A stretch of DNA of 61,541 bases, filler included, from Candidatus Babelota bacterium (lineage in GTDB: Bacteria; JAGOBX01), in the NCBI GenBank assembly GCA_017999075.1. It is 11 parts of 11 records of this genome, joined end to end, with 100 filler letters (N's around TTAATTAATTAA, not from the genome) between each part and the next. Parts side by side here need not be neighbours in the genome. Positions count along the whole stretch, not along the records: positions 28,808 to 31,603 come from JAGOBX010000547.1; positions 31,704 to 34,491 come from JAGOBX010000548.1; positions 34,592 to 37,372 come from JAGOBX010000549.1; positions 37,473 to 40,248 come from JAGOBX010000550.1; 7 more parts are not named here. One strand, 5' to 3'. The notes beneath the pieces are model-generated. The model was not told where the DNA came from. It worked only from the letters and a program-made list of their open reading frames with translations, and did not search any database. The translations under genes were made by a program, and so were the position numbers. This document shows, in pieces, positions 29,614 to 39,375 of the stretch; position 1 is the first letter of the stretch, and each line of letters begins with the position of its first letter.

Positions 29614-31392
29614 TTATTTAATAATGTTTCTGTCGCAAGTTACAAAGAAAACCCGTTCATTCATTTCATAATTTATTTCAAAATAAATTTTTTGGACTTT
29701 GCAATTTAAAGATGTTTCTATGATTTCCTGAAAACTTTGTTTTGTTTTTGCAATTACGCTTTCCTTTGTTATCTTAAATTTTTGAAGTTCGTCAAGACTT
29801 GAACTTATATACTTTTTCTCTGCTTCTGAAAAAATATTCGTGAATGTGAAAATTATTTTATTGTCTTTTGTATCAACTTCAATATCAGCGTTGAATTCGT
29901 TAAGTTCTTTAACACTGTAATTTTTAGCGATAGATTTTAAAAGTACAAGTATGTTTTCTCCCTCAAGGGAAAATTCTGTATTTGAGGTATTTATAAATAA
30001 CGCACGGTATAGTTCTTTAACCGCTTTTTTACTGTCACTTTGCGCTACTCCGAATATTACATTAAGCTGTTCCGGAACTTGATATGTGGTATAAATGTTT
30101 ATTTTATTTTTAGCGAGAATTTTAGAAAATTTTGAGAATAACCCTACGGTATTATGCATACCTTCTCCTACAATATATATAAGCGAATATGGATACAGCA
30201 AACTTACTTCTTCAGGTGAAATTTCTTTATCATTACGTAGAGTATCGACAATATTATTTAGATTTTGCTGGAAAATTTCCCGCTCTTTGTCATCTGTAAA
30301 ATCAGGTTCTGCTATTGCATATGACAGTGAATCAATACTTGAAGTTATTTGAGTAAAAGATATTTTTTTGTCAAAAAGAGATTTTTCGATTTTGTATCCG
30401 ATACCTATTTCATTATCCATATCCTGTTTCATTACGTTGAGAAAATATATTTTATCTCGAGCTGCGATTCCTTTTACAACTTCGTATGTCTTTTCTTTTT
30501 TAGGAACAACAAGAGTTCCAGGATTTAACGGTTCAAAAGTATTTCTTATTCGCAGTGGTATTTTTTTTTCTTCAAGAGGTTTTAATGTTCCGCTGTGCAG
30601 AACTTTAGCTCCGCCGTATGCCAATTCTCTTACTTCGCGGTATGAAATGATTTTTATTGTTTCAACTGAAATGTTTTCTTCTTTAAACAGAGTCGGATCA
30701 ACTCTCAATATTCCATTAACATCTGTGAAGTTTTCATAACATTCAACGCCAAATGCGGCACTTGCAATTGCTCCTATGAAATCAGAACCTCCGCGCCTGA
30801 AAGTTGTAAAATCATTATTTTTATCAACTGCATAAAATCCTGGAATTATAATTATATCAGCTTTCAGAGAATCTCCGTATTTTTTTAGGTTATCCAGGCT
30901 TCCTGGAAGTAATGTGGCATTTCTATAATTTGAATCTGTTATTAAACCGCATTTTTCAGGATAAATTATCGCTGCTTTTATTCCTATGCTTTTTAAATAT
31001 TCTGCTGGAATGCTGACAAACATTCTTTCTCCCTGAGCTACGATTGCAGCGTAATATCTGTCAAACTCTTCAAATTTGTTTTTAACTATATCTTCAAGTT
31101 CGGAAAAAATAGGATCTAAAAATCCGGTTTTTAATCCGAGCGCTTTTGATTCTTCATAATATTTATTTTTTATTTTTTCAATGTTTTCGGAGGGATATTC
31201 ATTATAATAATAATACTTGGAAGCCACTTTTTCCAGTTGATCAGTTATTTTAATGTCTTTAGAATCTTTTTTTCCGAAAGTTGACAATACGATGTATTTC
31301 ATCTTTTTGTCAGGCAATATAATGTTTTGGAAAATGTGTTTGATACGTTCTGCTGAAGCTACCGAACTACCGCCGAATTTTGCTAATTTCAT
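29614..31392 (-). CDS. lysC: Aspartate kinase with an extra C-terminal DUF2294/MpsC-like domain
   Basis: KFGGSSV, GER, PGFY, TFRRGGSD, TDVNG, ELAYGGAKVLH, two ACT domains, then about 120 extra residues. Confidence 0.88.
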   Translation of the reverse strand: MKLAKFGGSSVASAERIKHIFQNIILPDKKMKYIVLSTFGKKDSKDIKITDQLEKVASKYYYYNEYPSENIEKIKNKYYEESKALGLKTGFLDPIFSELEDIVKNKFEEFDRYYAAIVAQGERMFVSIPAEYLKSIGIKAAIIYPEKCGLITDSNYRNATLLPGSLDNLKKYGDSLKADIIIIPGFYAVDKNNDFTTFRRGGSDFIGAIASAAFGVECYENFTDVNGILRVDPTLFKEENISVETIKIISYREVRELAYGGAKVLHSGTLKPLEEKKIPLRIRNTFEPLNPGTLVVPKKEKTYEVVKGIAARDKIYFLNVMKQDMDNEIGIGYKIEKSLFDKKISFTQITSSIDSLSYAIAEPDFTDDKEREIFQQNLNNIVDTLRNDKEISPEEVSLLYPYSLIYIVGEGMHNTVGLFSKFSKILAKNKINIYTTYQVPEQLNVIFGVAQSDSKKAVKELYRALFINTSNTEFSLEGENILVLLKSIAKNYSVKELNEFNADIEVDTKDNKIIFTFTNIFSEAEKKYISSSLDELQKFKITKESVIAKTKQSFQEIIETSLNCKVQKIYFEINYEMNERVFFVTCDRNIIK

Positions 31393-31562
31393 AGTTAAAT
31401 CCCTCCTAATCCGGAGAACCGGAAATATTAAATGAAATTTTAAATTTCATTGTACAATTTGATTTTGATTGAATGATAATAATTTTTTTATATAAAACAA
31501 CAAAAAAATATAGTTTGTTTTTTTTGTTGATTTTTTAAGAAATTTTATAATAATAGCCTCAT

Positions 31563-31603
31563 ATGAAAAAAATTATTTTATTATTTATGATTGTATGCGG
31601 AAC
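31563..31603 (+). CDS. Start of a secreted protein, truncated
   Basis: MKKIILLFMIVCG signal-peptide-like start cut by the contig end. Confidence 0.4.
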
Positions 31604-31703
31604 NNNNNNNNNNNNNNNNNNNNNNNNNNNNNNNNNNNNNNNNNNNNTTAATTAATTAANNNNNNNNNNNNNNNNNNNNNNNNNNNNNNNNNNNNNNNNN
31701 NNN
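31604..31703. other. Artificial contig linker
   Basis: N44-TTAATTAATTAA-N44. Confidence 0.98.
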
Positions 31704-31867
31704 ATGTCGAAGCAGGGAAAAAAGCCGGATGCAAAACAATACTTGTAAAAACCGGAGACGGAAAAAAATCTTTAAAACTTATTGATAACAACAAATTTTC
31801 AGCGCCGGATTATATTTTCAAAAATCTGATGGACGCAGCCAAGTTTATAGTTTCTGTTTCCAGATGA
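31704..31867 (+). CDS. HAD phosphatase C-terminus (GmhB-like), 5' truncated
   Basis: Hand translation VEAGKKAGCKTILVKTGDG...PDYIFKNLMDAAKFI; the stop overlaps the next ATG (ATGA). Confidence 0.7.
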
Positions 31868-32241
31868 AAATAACTTTTACTGATAAAATAGTTTTATATA
31901 TAATTTTCAGTGCCATTTTAGCCTTAATTCTGTTTAACAATTCCCGTAATTCATCTTCGAATAAAAATATTTTTGTTAATATAAAAGCCCCGAATTATAA
32001 CTGTAACTATGATTTATATACTGATAGAGCAATAGTTGTAAAAGGAAAAATTTCAGATGTAATAATTAAAATCGAAAAAAAAAAAGTTTCTGTGGCCGCT
32101 TCTGATTGCGCAAACAAAACATGCTTGCATTCAGGAGAAATCTCAAATATAAACCAGATTATAACATGTATCCCGAATGGTATTATTATAAAAATCTATG
32201 CTGATCAAAAGGATAAAAAAATTGATGGAATTACAAAATGA
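31864..32241 (+). CDS. NusG domain II-containing (exported) protein
   Basis: N-terminal TM; SDCANKTCLHSGEIS...ITCIPN. Confidence 0.85.
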   Translation: MKITFTDKIVLYIIFSAILALILFNNSRNSSSNKNIFVNIKAPNYNCNYDLYTDRAIVVKGKISDVIIKIEKKKVSVAASDCANKTCLHSGEISNINQIITCIPNGIIIKIYADQKDKKIDGITK

Positions 32242-32764
32242 CAAAATTAAAATATATATATTTTCTATTGTACTGACTACAATTTTATATGTTACGGAAT
32301 CTTTAATTCCAAAACCTTTTCCATGGATCAGAATAGGATTGTCAAACATAATATTTATGCTTTTATTGAAAAAAAATGAAATGAATTTATCAGAAATATA
32401 TTTAATTTTATTATTCCGTAATATTTTATCATCTGTTACTACAGGAACATTGATATCTCCACTTTTCATAATCAGTTTAATCTCTTCTGCAGGTTCTATA
32501 TTGGCGATGTATATTTTTTTTAAAATTTTGAAAGATAATGTAAGTTTTATCAGCGTGTCAGTTATAGGAGCGGTTGTAAACATAATAATTCAGCTTTTAA
32601 CAGGTTCTCTTATAATCTTTCAAAATACGGTTTTATTAAAAATGTCCCCTTATTTTTTAATGTTTGCAGCAGTTTCAGGAATAATCACCGGAATTATAAC
32701 AAACAAATTATTTAACAAACTTGTTGAAAAAAAATTCAGTTTACTTGTATCTCAAAAAATATAG
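32225..32764 (+). CDS. Gx transporter / heptaprenyl diphosphate synthase component I family
   Basis: ESLIPKPFPWIRIGLSN, multiple TM helices; usual NusG-II partner. Start is 32225 or 32198. Confidence 0.85.
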   Translation: MELQNDKIKIYIFSIVLTTILYVTESLIPKPFPWIRIGLSNIIFMLLLKKNEMNLSEIYLILLFRNILSSVTTGTLISPLFIISLISSAGSILAMYIFFKILKDNVSFISVSVIGAVVNIIIQLLTGSLIIFQNTVLLKMSPYFLMFAAVSGIITGIITNKLFNKLVEKKFSLLVSQKI

Positions 32765-32797
32765 TATTTCATATATTATTTTCCAAAATATAATTAT

Positions 32798-33826
32798 ATG
32801 TTTTTTTATAAATTCAGATTATTGAGGGGGTTGATCAAAATGATTCTTAAAATAAAATACTTTTTATTTTTTTTCATTATTTTGGGTTTAGGATGCGGTT
32901 GTTCAGAACAGAATAATTTCGTTGGTTCAGATAAAACAAAAAAAATATATAAAATCGGGTTTGCTAATTTTGGTCCTGATATTGTTGCAGACAACGTAAT
33001 CAAAGGTTATATTGACGGATTGAAAACCGAAAATATTATTGAAGGAATAAATCTCAAAATCGTGTACAAACATGCTGCCGGCGAAATAGTCAATATTCCT
33101 ATGATGCTTCAATCTCTCGAATCCGCTGGTCTTGATTTAATAGTTCCCATGTCAACTCCAGTATTAACTGCCGCATGCGGCATACTAAAAAAAACAAATG
33201 TTGTGTTTGTGTATACCTATGATCCTATTGCGGCAGGAGCAGGTAAAACTTTTACTGAACATCTTCCTAATTTTACAGGAGTCGGATCATTCCCTCCTAT
33301 TGAAGATACTATGAAATTTATTCTTGAACTTTTTCCCAATACAAAAAAAATAGGAGTATTGTACAATCCGGCAGAAACTAATTCCGTAAAAGCTGTAAAC
33401 ACGGCAAAAGCTTTTTTATCTGATAAAAAAATAAAAGTTGAAGAAGTAACAATATCTGGAACTAATGAAATTTTTCAAGGGGCAAAGTCTGTTATAAGCC
33501 GTGGAATTGATGTGTTCTGGGGAGCCGGCGACAATACTGTTTTTCAAGCCTTTGACGGAGTAGTAAAAGCTGCCTCTGAATCTAAAATACCGCTAATTAT
33601 CAATGATGTTGAATTTGTAGAATCCGGAGCACTTGCAGGTGTAGGAATAAGCTGGTATAATAGCGGATTTGAAGCAGGTAAAATAGCTGCGAAAGTTCTT
33701 CTCGGCCAGAATCCTTCTGCAATACCTATAATAAACATTGCAGCACGTAAAATAGTTCTAAATCACAATACTGCTGAAAAACTAAAAATTAAATTTCCTC
33801 AAAAAATTATTGAAGAATCTAAATAA
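32798..33826 (+). CDS. ABC transporter substrate-binding lipoprotein (ABC_sub_bind, aromatic amino acid-type)
   Basis: DPIAAG, NFTGV, KKIGVLYNPAETNS, GDNTV, AAKVLLG; true start is probably downstream (about 32840). Confidence 0.85.
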   Translation: MFFYKFRLLRGLIKMILKIKYFLFFFIILGLGCGCSEQNNFVGSDKTKKIYKIGFANFGPDIVADNVIKGYIDGLKTENIIEGINLKIVYKHAAGEIVNIPMMLQSLESAGLDLIVPMSTPVLTAACGILKKTNVVFVYTYDPIAAGAGKTFTEHLPNFTGVGSFPPIEDTMKFILELFPNTKKIGVLYNPAETNSVKAVNTAKAFLSDKKIKVEEVTISGTNEIFQGAKSVISRGIDVFWGAGDNTVFQAFDGVVKAASESKIPLIINDVEFVESGALAGVGISWYNSGFEAGKIAAKVLLGQNPSAIPIINIAARKIVLNHNTAEKLKIKFPQKIIEESK

Positions 33827-33879
33827 ATTTATAAAATCAGATAATTGATAAGATTCAAAAAAAATGAATGCTGTTTTGC

Positions 33880-34491
33880 TTAAAAAATCAAATTGTATTC
33901 CCGTTTTCTGCGGTTCTTCCAAGTTTTTTTATGATAAACATAACTCACAATAAGAGGCAAAACAGTTGTGGCTTCAGCAAACACCATTTGTTCATAATGA
34001 GTATCTACTTTTCCCCATGAACAAGCTTCTTTCAAAGTCGAACTTGAACATGCTCCGTCTCGAGAATCTGCAACTGTAATCTGGACTGCGTATGAATGCA
34101 TATTTGTTTTTTTACCTAAAACTTCTGCGCAAATTACAGTATCCTGAGCAAAATTTTTCGGAACACCTCCGCCAATCATAAATAATCCGCTTTTAGAAGA
34201 CTGTATTTTTATTTCAGTTAATTCCCGGAAATCACGCACACTGTCAATTGACACATATTTTTTTTTATTTTCCTGATGCATGCATAAACCGAATCCTGCG
34301 CTTGAATCAGAAAAAGCAGGACAAAAAACAGGGACATTATTTTCATATGCAAGCTGCACCAGACTATTTTTTTTTTTTGAGTTCTTTACCCCATATTTTC
34401 CTATTTCTTTTATAAATACACGCGAACTGTAAATCCCTGGTTTTAATCCGTCCGCTATATTACATACCGCCTGATCGCATTTCTGCAGCTC
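33880..34491 (-). CDS. Deoxyhypusine synthase-like protein, 5' truncated
   Basis: PVFCPAFSDSSAG, IGGGVPKNF, DGACSSSTLKEACSWGK, EATTVLPL; frame is open to the contig end. Confidence 0.9.
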   Translation of the reverse strand, partial: ELQKCDQAVCNIADGLKPGIYSSRVFIKEIGKYGVKNSKKKNSLVQLAYENNVPVFCPAFSDSSAGFGLCMHQENKKKYVSIDSVRDFRELTEIKIQSSKSGLFMIGGGVPKNFAQDTVICAEVLGKKTNMHSYAVQITVADSRDGACSSSTLKEACSWGKVDTHYEQMVFAEATTVLPLIVSYVYHKKTWKNRRKREYNLIF

Positions 34492-34591
34492 NNNNNNNNN
34501 NNNNNNNNNNNNNNNNNNNNNNNNNNNNNNNNNNNTTAATTAATTAANNNNNNNNNNNNNNNNNNNNNNNNNNNNNNNNNNNNNNNNNNNN
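34492..34591. other. Artificial contig linker
   Basis: N44-TTAATTAATTAA-N44. Confidence 0.98.
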
Positions 34592-35767
34592 ACTAATATT
34601 ATATCGGATAACCGGAATCCTGCTATAATAGTATCATCTAATTTTGAAGAAATTATAAATCATATAGGAGAAATAATATCAGAACTCGACAAAGAAGCTA
34701 ATATCCAAAAATCAAATATTCACATTTATAAACTTCAAAATGCAAATGCTCAGAACATAGCTGAGGTAATGGCAAAACTCACTTTTACAGATAATTCAAA
34801 ATTAACTCCTGCCGGAACTCCGGTAACTTTGAATGTTCCTGTAACTTTTGATAAATCGACTAATTCCGTAGTATTTACTTGTTCGGATGAACAGTATGCT
34901 CAGATAAAAAAAATAGTTGAAGATTTTGACAAAGAAAAAGCGCAGGTTCTTATAAACGTGATAATTGCAGAAATAAGCGTTGAAGATATGGAAAAAATAG
35001 GAGTTGAATGGCAGGCCGGAGATATTATAAAAAAAGATTATGCAGGCGGAGTGAGTCAAAATTTTAATATGATAGATCCTGGAGTTTTACAGAGCGGAAG
35101 TGTAAAAGATGCTGCAAAATTATTGCCTGGTTTCAGCGTCGGAGTAATTAATAACAGCAATCCGGATATCGGCGCTGTTATAAATCTTTTTAAACAAAAA
35201 ACGGATTTCAATGTATTGTCATCTCCTAAAATTTTAACGGAAGACAATAATGAAGCTCTTATAAATATCGGTCAGAAAGTTCCTTTTATAACCAATTCGC
35301 GGGTTACGGATAATGATGCTACAATATATTCATATCAATATCAGGATGTAGGTATTATACTAAAAATAACTCCTCACGTGAGTAATTCCAAAAGAATAAC
35401 TTTAGATATTAATCAGGAAGTGAAAAATTTGCTTGAAAAAGCTGTTTTTGACGCTCCTCTTGTATCTACGCGTGAATTAAAAACCAAGATTACTGTTGAT
35501 AATAAAAAAGTAATAATAATCGGAGGTTTAATAAATTCTTCAAAAAATAAAACAACTTATTCTGTTCCGTTTATAAGTAAACTTCCTATTATAGGTAAAT
35601 TGTTTCAAAGAAATGAAGATAAAGAAAGTAAAACCAATTTGCTTATTATAATTTCCCCTGAAATTATAGAATATGGAAACATAGAAAATATAAGCGTTCC
35701 TGAACGCGATTTGGAATTGTTTGAAAAAAATATTAAAAATACAGGAAAAGATTTGAAATTTAAATGA
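34592..35767 (+). CDS. gspD: Type II secretion secretin GspD, 5' truncated
   Basis: N-domain repeats (IYKLQNANA), QVLINVIIAE, VLSSPKILTEDNNEA, DVGIILKITP, IGGLI, P..GKLF. Confidence 0.88.
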   Translation, partial: TNIISDNRNPAIIVSSNFEEIINHIGEIISELDKEANIQKSNIHIYKLQNANAQNIAEVMAKLTFTDNSKLTPAGTPVTLNVPVTFDKSTNSVVFTCSDEQYAQIKKIVEDFDKEKAQVLINVIIAEISVEDMEKIGVEWQAGDIIKKDYAGGVSQNFNMIDPGVLQSGSVKDAAKLLPGFSVGVINNSNPDIGAVINLFKQKTDFNVLSSPKILTEDNNEALINIGQKVPFITNSRVTDNDATIYSYQYQDVGIILKITPHVSNSKRITLDINQEVKNLLEKAVFDAPLVSTRELKTKITVDNKKVIIIGGLINSSKNKTTYSVPFISKLPIIGKLFQRNEDKESKTNLLIIISPEIIEYGNIENISVPERDLELFEKNIKNTGKDLKFK

Positions 35768-37281
35768 TACGCAATTCTAAATTTCTAGAACTTCTTGATA
35801 AAAATTTTGTAAAGGAAAACCTTGTATTTCCATATGATTATGATGAAAAAGAAGATGTAATTAAAATAGCTTCGCCTTCAGAAAATAAATCGGTAATTTC
35901 TGAAAATCTATCTAAATTTTTTGATAAAAAAATCGAAACTCTGATTTTTCCGGCAGAAATATTAGATAAAGTCATTGATGAATACTATCTTGAAACAATC
36001 GGCGGAACCGAAATTTTTCAAAAAACAGAAGAAGAAGCTGTAGACGATTCCTCATTTAAAATAACTTCAGAAATCAAAAAAACAGATTTATTATATGATA
36101 CTGGTATTGAAGAGCCTGCAATAAAACTTGTAAATAAATTAATAATAAATGCTTTGATTGATAACGCTACTGATATTCATATTGAACCTGCAGAACAAAA
36201 CGTAGCAGTCAGGTACAGAATAGTCGGAATATTGTATCAGAAAAATATTATAAACAAACAAATGCAGCCGAGTTTGACTGCACGTATAAAAATACTTTCA
36301 AATCTTGATATTTCCGAATCGAGACTGCCTCAAGACGGCAGTTTTCAGGTATCTTTTGCAGGGAAAACAATAGATTTCAGGGTTTCTACAATACCTATAA
36401 ATCACGGTGAAAGAATTGTGTTGCGCATACTTGATAAAACTAAATTTTTGTTGAAACTCGAAAATACCGGAATGGACGAATATACGCTTAATTTATTTAG
36501 AAAAAAAATAAATTTTCCTAATGGAATAATATTAGTTACAGGGCCGACCGGAAGCGGCAAGACTACCACATTATACGGAGCATTGAATGAACTTAAAACC
36601 GGAGACAGAAATATAATTACAATAGAGGATCCTGTTGAATATCAGATTCAAGGAATCAATCAAATACAGGTAAAACCTGAAATAGGTCTGGATTTTTCTG
36701 CAGGATTAAGATCAATTCTCCGTCAGGATCCGGACATTATTATGGTCGGAGAAATCAGAGATGAAGAAACTATGAATATAGCTATTCAATCATCTTTAAC
36801 AGGTCATCTTGTATTCAGTACCTTACATACCAATGATTCTATAAGCACTGTTGTAAGATTATATAATATGGGTTTAAAACCATATCTTATAAGCAGTTCT
36901 GTAATCTGTGTAATTGCCCAGAGACTTGTGAAACTGCTTTGTCCTGAATGCAAACGTAAAACTAAACTAGCAGGTTCTTATATAGGGCAATTCAACTTGA
37001 AAAAATATATAGGCAGTTCAGATATTGAAATTTACGAAGAAAACGGATGCGAACATTGTAAAAATACAGGTTATTCAGGAAGAAAAGGCATATTTGAGAT
37101 ACTCAATATAGATGCTAAAATTAAAGAAATGATTATGCAGCGTCAGCATCCTGAAGATATAAAAAAATATTGTGAGACAACAAATATGAGATTTTTGATT
37201 GACAACGCTGCAGGCTTATTTTTATCTGGAAGGATTTCTTTGAAAGAATTATTAAGCGTAGTGTCAAATTATGAAATTTAA
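35764..37281 (+). CDS. gspE: Type II secretion ATPase GspE/PulE
   Basis: TDIHIEP, RLPQDG, GPTGSGKTTT, EDPVE, LRQDPD, TGHLVFSTLHTND, CPEC...CEHC zinc motif. Confidence 0.92.
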   Translation: MIRNSKFLELLDKNFVKENLVFPYDYDEKEDVIKIASPSENKSVISENLSKFFDKKIETLIFPAEILDKVIDEYYLETIGGTEIFQKTEEEAVDDSSFKITSEIKKTDLLYDTGIEEPAIKLVNKLIINALIDNATDIHIEPAEQNVAVRYRIVGILYQKNIINKQMQPSLTARIKILSNLDISESRLPQDGSFQVSFAGKTIDFRVSTIPINHGERIVLRILDKTKFLLKLENTGMDEYTLNLFRKKINFPNGIILVTGPTGSGKTTTLYGALNELKTGDRNIITIEDPVEYQIQGINQIQVKPEIGLDFSAGLRSILRQDPDIIMVGEIRDEETMNIAIQSSLTGHLVFSTLHTNDSISTVVRLYNMGLKPYLISSSVICVIAQRLVKLLCPECKRKTKLAGSYIGQFNLKKYIGSSDIEIYEENGCEHCKNTGYSGRKGIFEILNIDAKIKEMIMQRQHPEDIKKYCETTNMRFLIDNAAGLFLSGRISLKELLSVVSNYEI

Positions 37282-37372
37282 AGTTTCTGCAATTGATTCT
37301 GATAATAAACCGATAAATATAACAGAGGAAGCGGCAAATGAACAGGAACTAATAAAAAAACTTGTTTCAAAA
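37271..37372 (+). CDS. GspF/PilC platform protein N-terminus, truncated
   Basis: MKFKVSAIDSDNK...EAANEQELIKKL overlapping the gspE stop; matches the typical GspF start. Confidence 0.6.
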
Positions 37373-37472
37373 NNNNNNNNNNNNNNNNNNNNNNNNNNNN
37401 NNNNNNNNNNNNNNNNTTAATTAATTAANNNNNNNNNNNNNNNNNNNNNNNNNNNNNNNNNNNNNNNNNNNN
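37373..37472. other. Artificial contig linker
   Basis: N44-TTAATTAATTAA-N44. Confidence 0.98.
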
Positions 37473-37674
37473 TTTTTGTTTTTTCAACGAGTTTTTTGTT
37501 TGACAAAATATTATCAAGCAAATTTATAATTTCAGGATCTCCGCCTGCAGGCGGTTTCCAGTTTAAATGGAATGATTCGACATTCTGAGAAGTTAAATCT
37601 TCATGAAAAGATTTTAATCCTGCGTTAATGACTGCCGGACCATTATTTAATAATTCATTAAATTTTGTAGCCAT
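37473..37674 (-). CDS. YahG/YlbE (DUF1116)-like protein N-terminus, truncated
   Basis: VINAGLKSFHEDL...NWKPPAGG segment, as at the start of E. coli YahG; follows the FdrA/YahF-like gene; GAGGTG RBS. Confidence 0.75.
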
Positions 37675-37809
37675 AAAATTATTTCACCTCTTTTTTTACT
37701 TTCCATTATTTTGTGATTTTTTCTGAAAAGTAAATTAATTAACTAAATATTTTTGAAAAATTTTATTATATAAATTCATTTTTAATAATCATAACATAAG
37801 ATATCATAT

Positions 37810-39360
37810 CTACAGCGCAACCACTTTTCCTTTTAAAGCCAGTACAGTAAGTTTTGCAGCCTGAGCATTTGTCGGCATAAAAATTACTCCGAGTTTTTCT
37901 AACTGTTTTTTTATTTCGTTAATATTTTGAATATCATAAGATGTTCCGCAAATAGATGCAATAAAAACAAGATTCTTGTTATTTTTTAATGATTTTGTTA
38001 TTGCTTCGCTTAAAGGTTCAACAGGATTTATATGAGAACCATAACCCGTAACTATATCAAATAAAATTATTCCAGTATCTTTTTTAGAAGATTCTTCAAC
38101 TATTCTTTGACAGCGTAATGTATAATCTATCATAGGATGCGGTCTTCCTTTTGTGAATTCGTCATCCCCTAGATCAACCAAGGTATTTTTGTAACTTTCA
38201 TATGCATTTTTAAGCTTTAATTCAGGAGTAAGCGGTATGTTTGAGAAAACCTCCAATCCATACTGAGCCATAATAAATAATGCTTCATCGCATAAAGTTC
38301 CTCCTGAATATAATCCTCTTACATATTTTGAACTACCGGTTTTATTTCTTATGGATTTAAGCAATTGATCAATTTCTTTTTTTTCTGCGTCAAATTCCTT
38401 TGGTTCAAAAGGTTTATTTTCTAATATTGATATGGCAAGATTAGCAGCATTTTCAAGGGTTGAGGCAAAAGGAATTCTTCTTTTTTTACATTCGGTTTCA
38501 TCGCCCTTCAAAAAATTTACAACAATTTTCTTTTTATAATTTTTTAATCGGTCAAAAATTTTTTTTTCGACTTCAGGAAATGGCGGTTTAGAAATTAAAA
38601 TAACTATTTCTATATCGATGTCTTTTTCCATCGCATCAATAGCTGTAAGCATACTGATTCCGCCGATCTGTTTTGATAAATCCCTTCCTCCAAGACCTAT
38701 AGCATGTTTAACTCCGTATCCTTTATTTGCAAGTATGCATGACACCTGTTGAATTCCTGTGCCTGATGCTCCGATTATACCAATTTTTCCAATAGGCATA
38801 GAATTTGCAAATGCAATTCCTTTGCCGTTTATTATGCTTGTTCCGCAATCAGGTCCCATTACTATAAGACCGTTTTGTTTAGCAATTTGTTTTAATTCAA
38901 GTTCTTCGTCGATTGTAACATTATCACTGAATATCATTACATTTTTTCCCGCTGATAAAGCTGTTTTAGCTTCTCTTTTTACAAATGGTCCTGGAATTGA
39001 AAACAATACTAAATTAGAATCTGCGTATTCTTTTATTCCGTCGGCTATTGAAGTTAATTCAATTTTATCGCTTTTATTTTCAGCAGATGATTTGTTGTCA
39101 AGCAGCTCTTTAAATTTTTTTAAAGCCGGTTCACAAAATGATTCTGCCTCAGCGTTTATACAAACCAGTAAATCATTTGGTTCAGCTTTTTCTCCGGTTT
39201 TATCGATCATTTTAGTGTTTCTAAGCACCTCTTTGTTATTATCTGTAGCCATCATTGCGGCAAGATTTTTTATGCCTTCGCATTTTGACGCAGAATTAGC
39301 TATGGACATTAACATGACCGAATCAAAATAACGGTTTTTAATAATATAATTTTTAATCAC
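37810..39360 (-). CDS. fdrA: FdrA/YahF acyl-CoA synthetase-like protein
   Basis: YFDSVMLM, MATDNNK, FSDNV, MGPDCGT, GASGTG, GGRDLS, GLYSGGTL, DLGDDEFTKGRPHPMID. Confidence 0.9.
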   Translation of the reverse strand: MIKNYIIKNRYFDSVMLMSIANSASKCEGIKNLAAMMATDNNKEVLRNTKMIDKTGEKAEPNDLLVCINAEAESFCEPALKKFKELLDNKSSAENKSDKIELTSIADGIKEYADSNLVLFSIPGPFVKREAKTALSAGKNVMIFSDNVTIDEELELKQIAKQNGLIVMGPDCGTSIINGKGIAFANSMPIGKIGIIGASGTGIQQVSCILANKGYGVKHAIGLGGRDLSKQIGGISMLTAIDAMEKDIDIEIVILISKPPFPEVEKKIFDRLKNYKKKIVVNFLKGDETECKKRRIPFASTLENAANLAISILENKPFEPKEFDAEKKEIDQLLKSIRNKTGSSKYVRGLYSGGTLCDEALFIMAQYGLEVFSNIPLTPELKLKNAYESYKNTLVDLGDDEFTKGRPHPMIDYTLRCQRIVEESSKKDTGIILFDIVTGYGSHINPVEPLSEAITKSLKNNKNLVFIASICGTSYDIQNINEIKKQLEKLGVIFMPTNAQAAKLTVLALKGKVVAL

Positions 39361-39375
39361 CTTAAATGCGCCTCC

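Noticed and set aside
31393-31562. Lysine riboswitch upstream of aspartokinase
   Set aside because: The region is short, extremely AT-rich and lacks the L-box conserved motifs.
36223-36225. GspE conserved RIDG appears as RIVG
   Set aside because: A single-base difference (GAC to GTC) on a short contig; cannot be told apart from a sequencing error.
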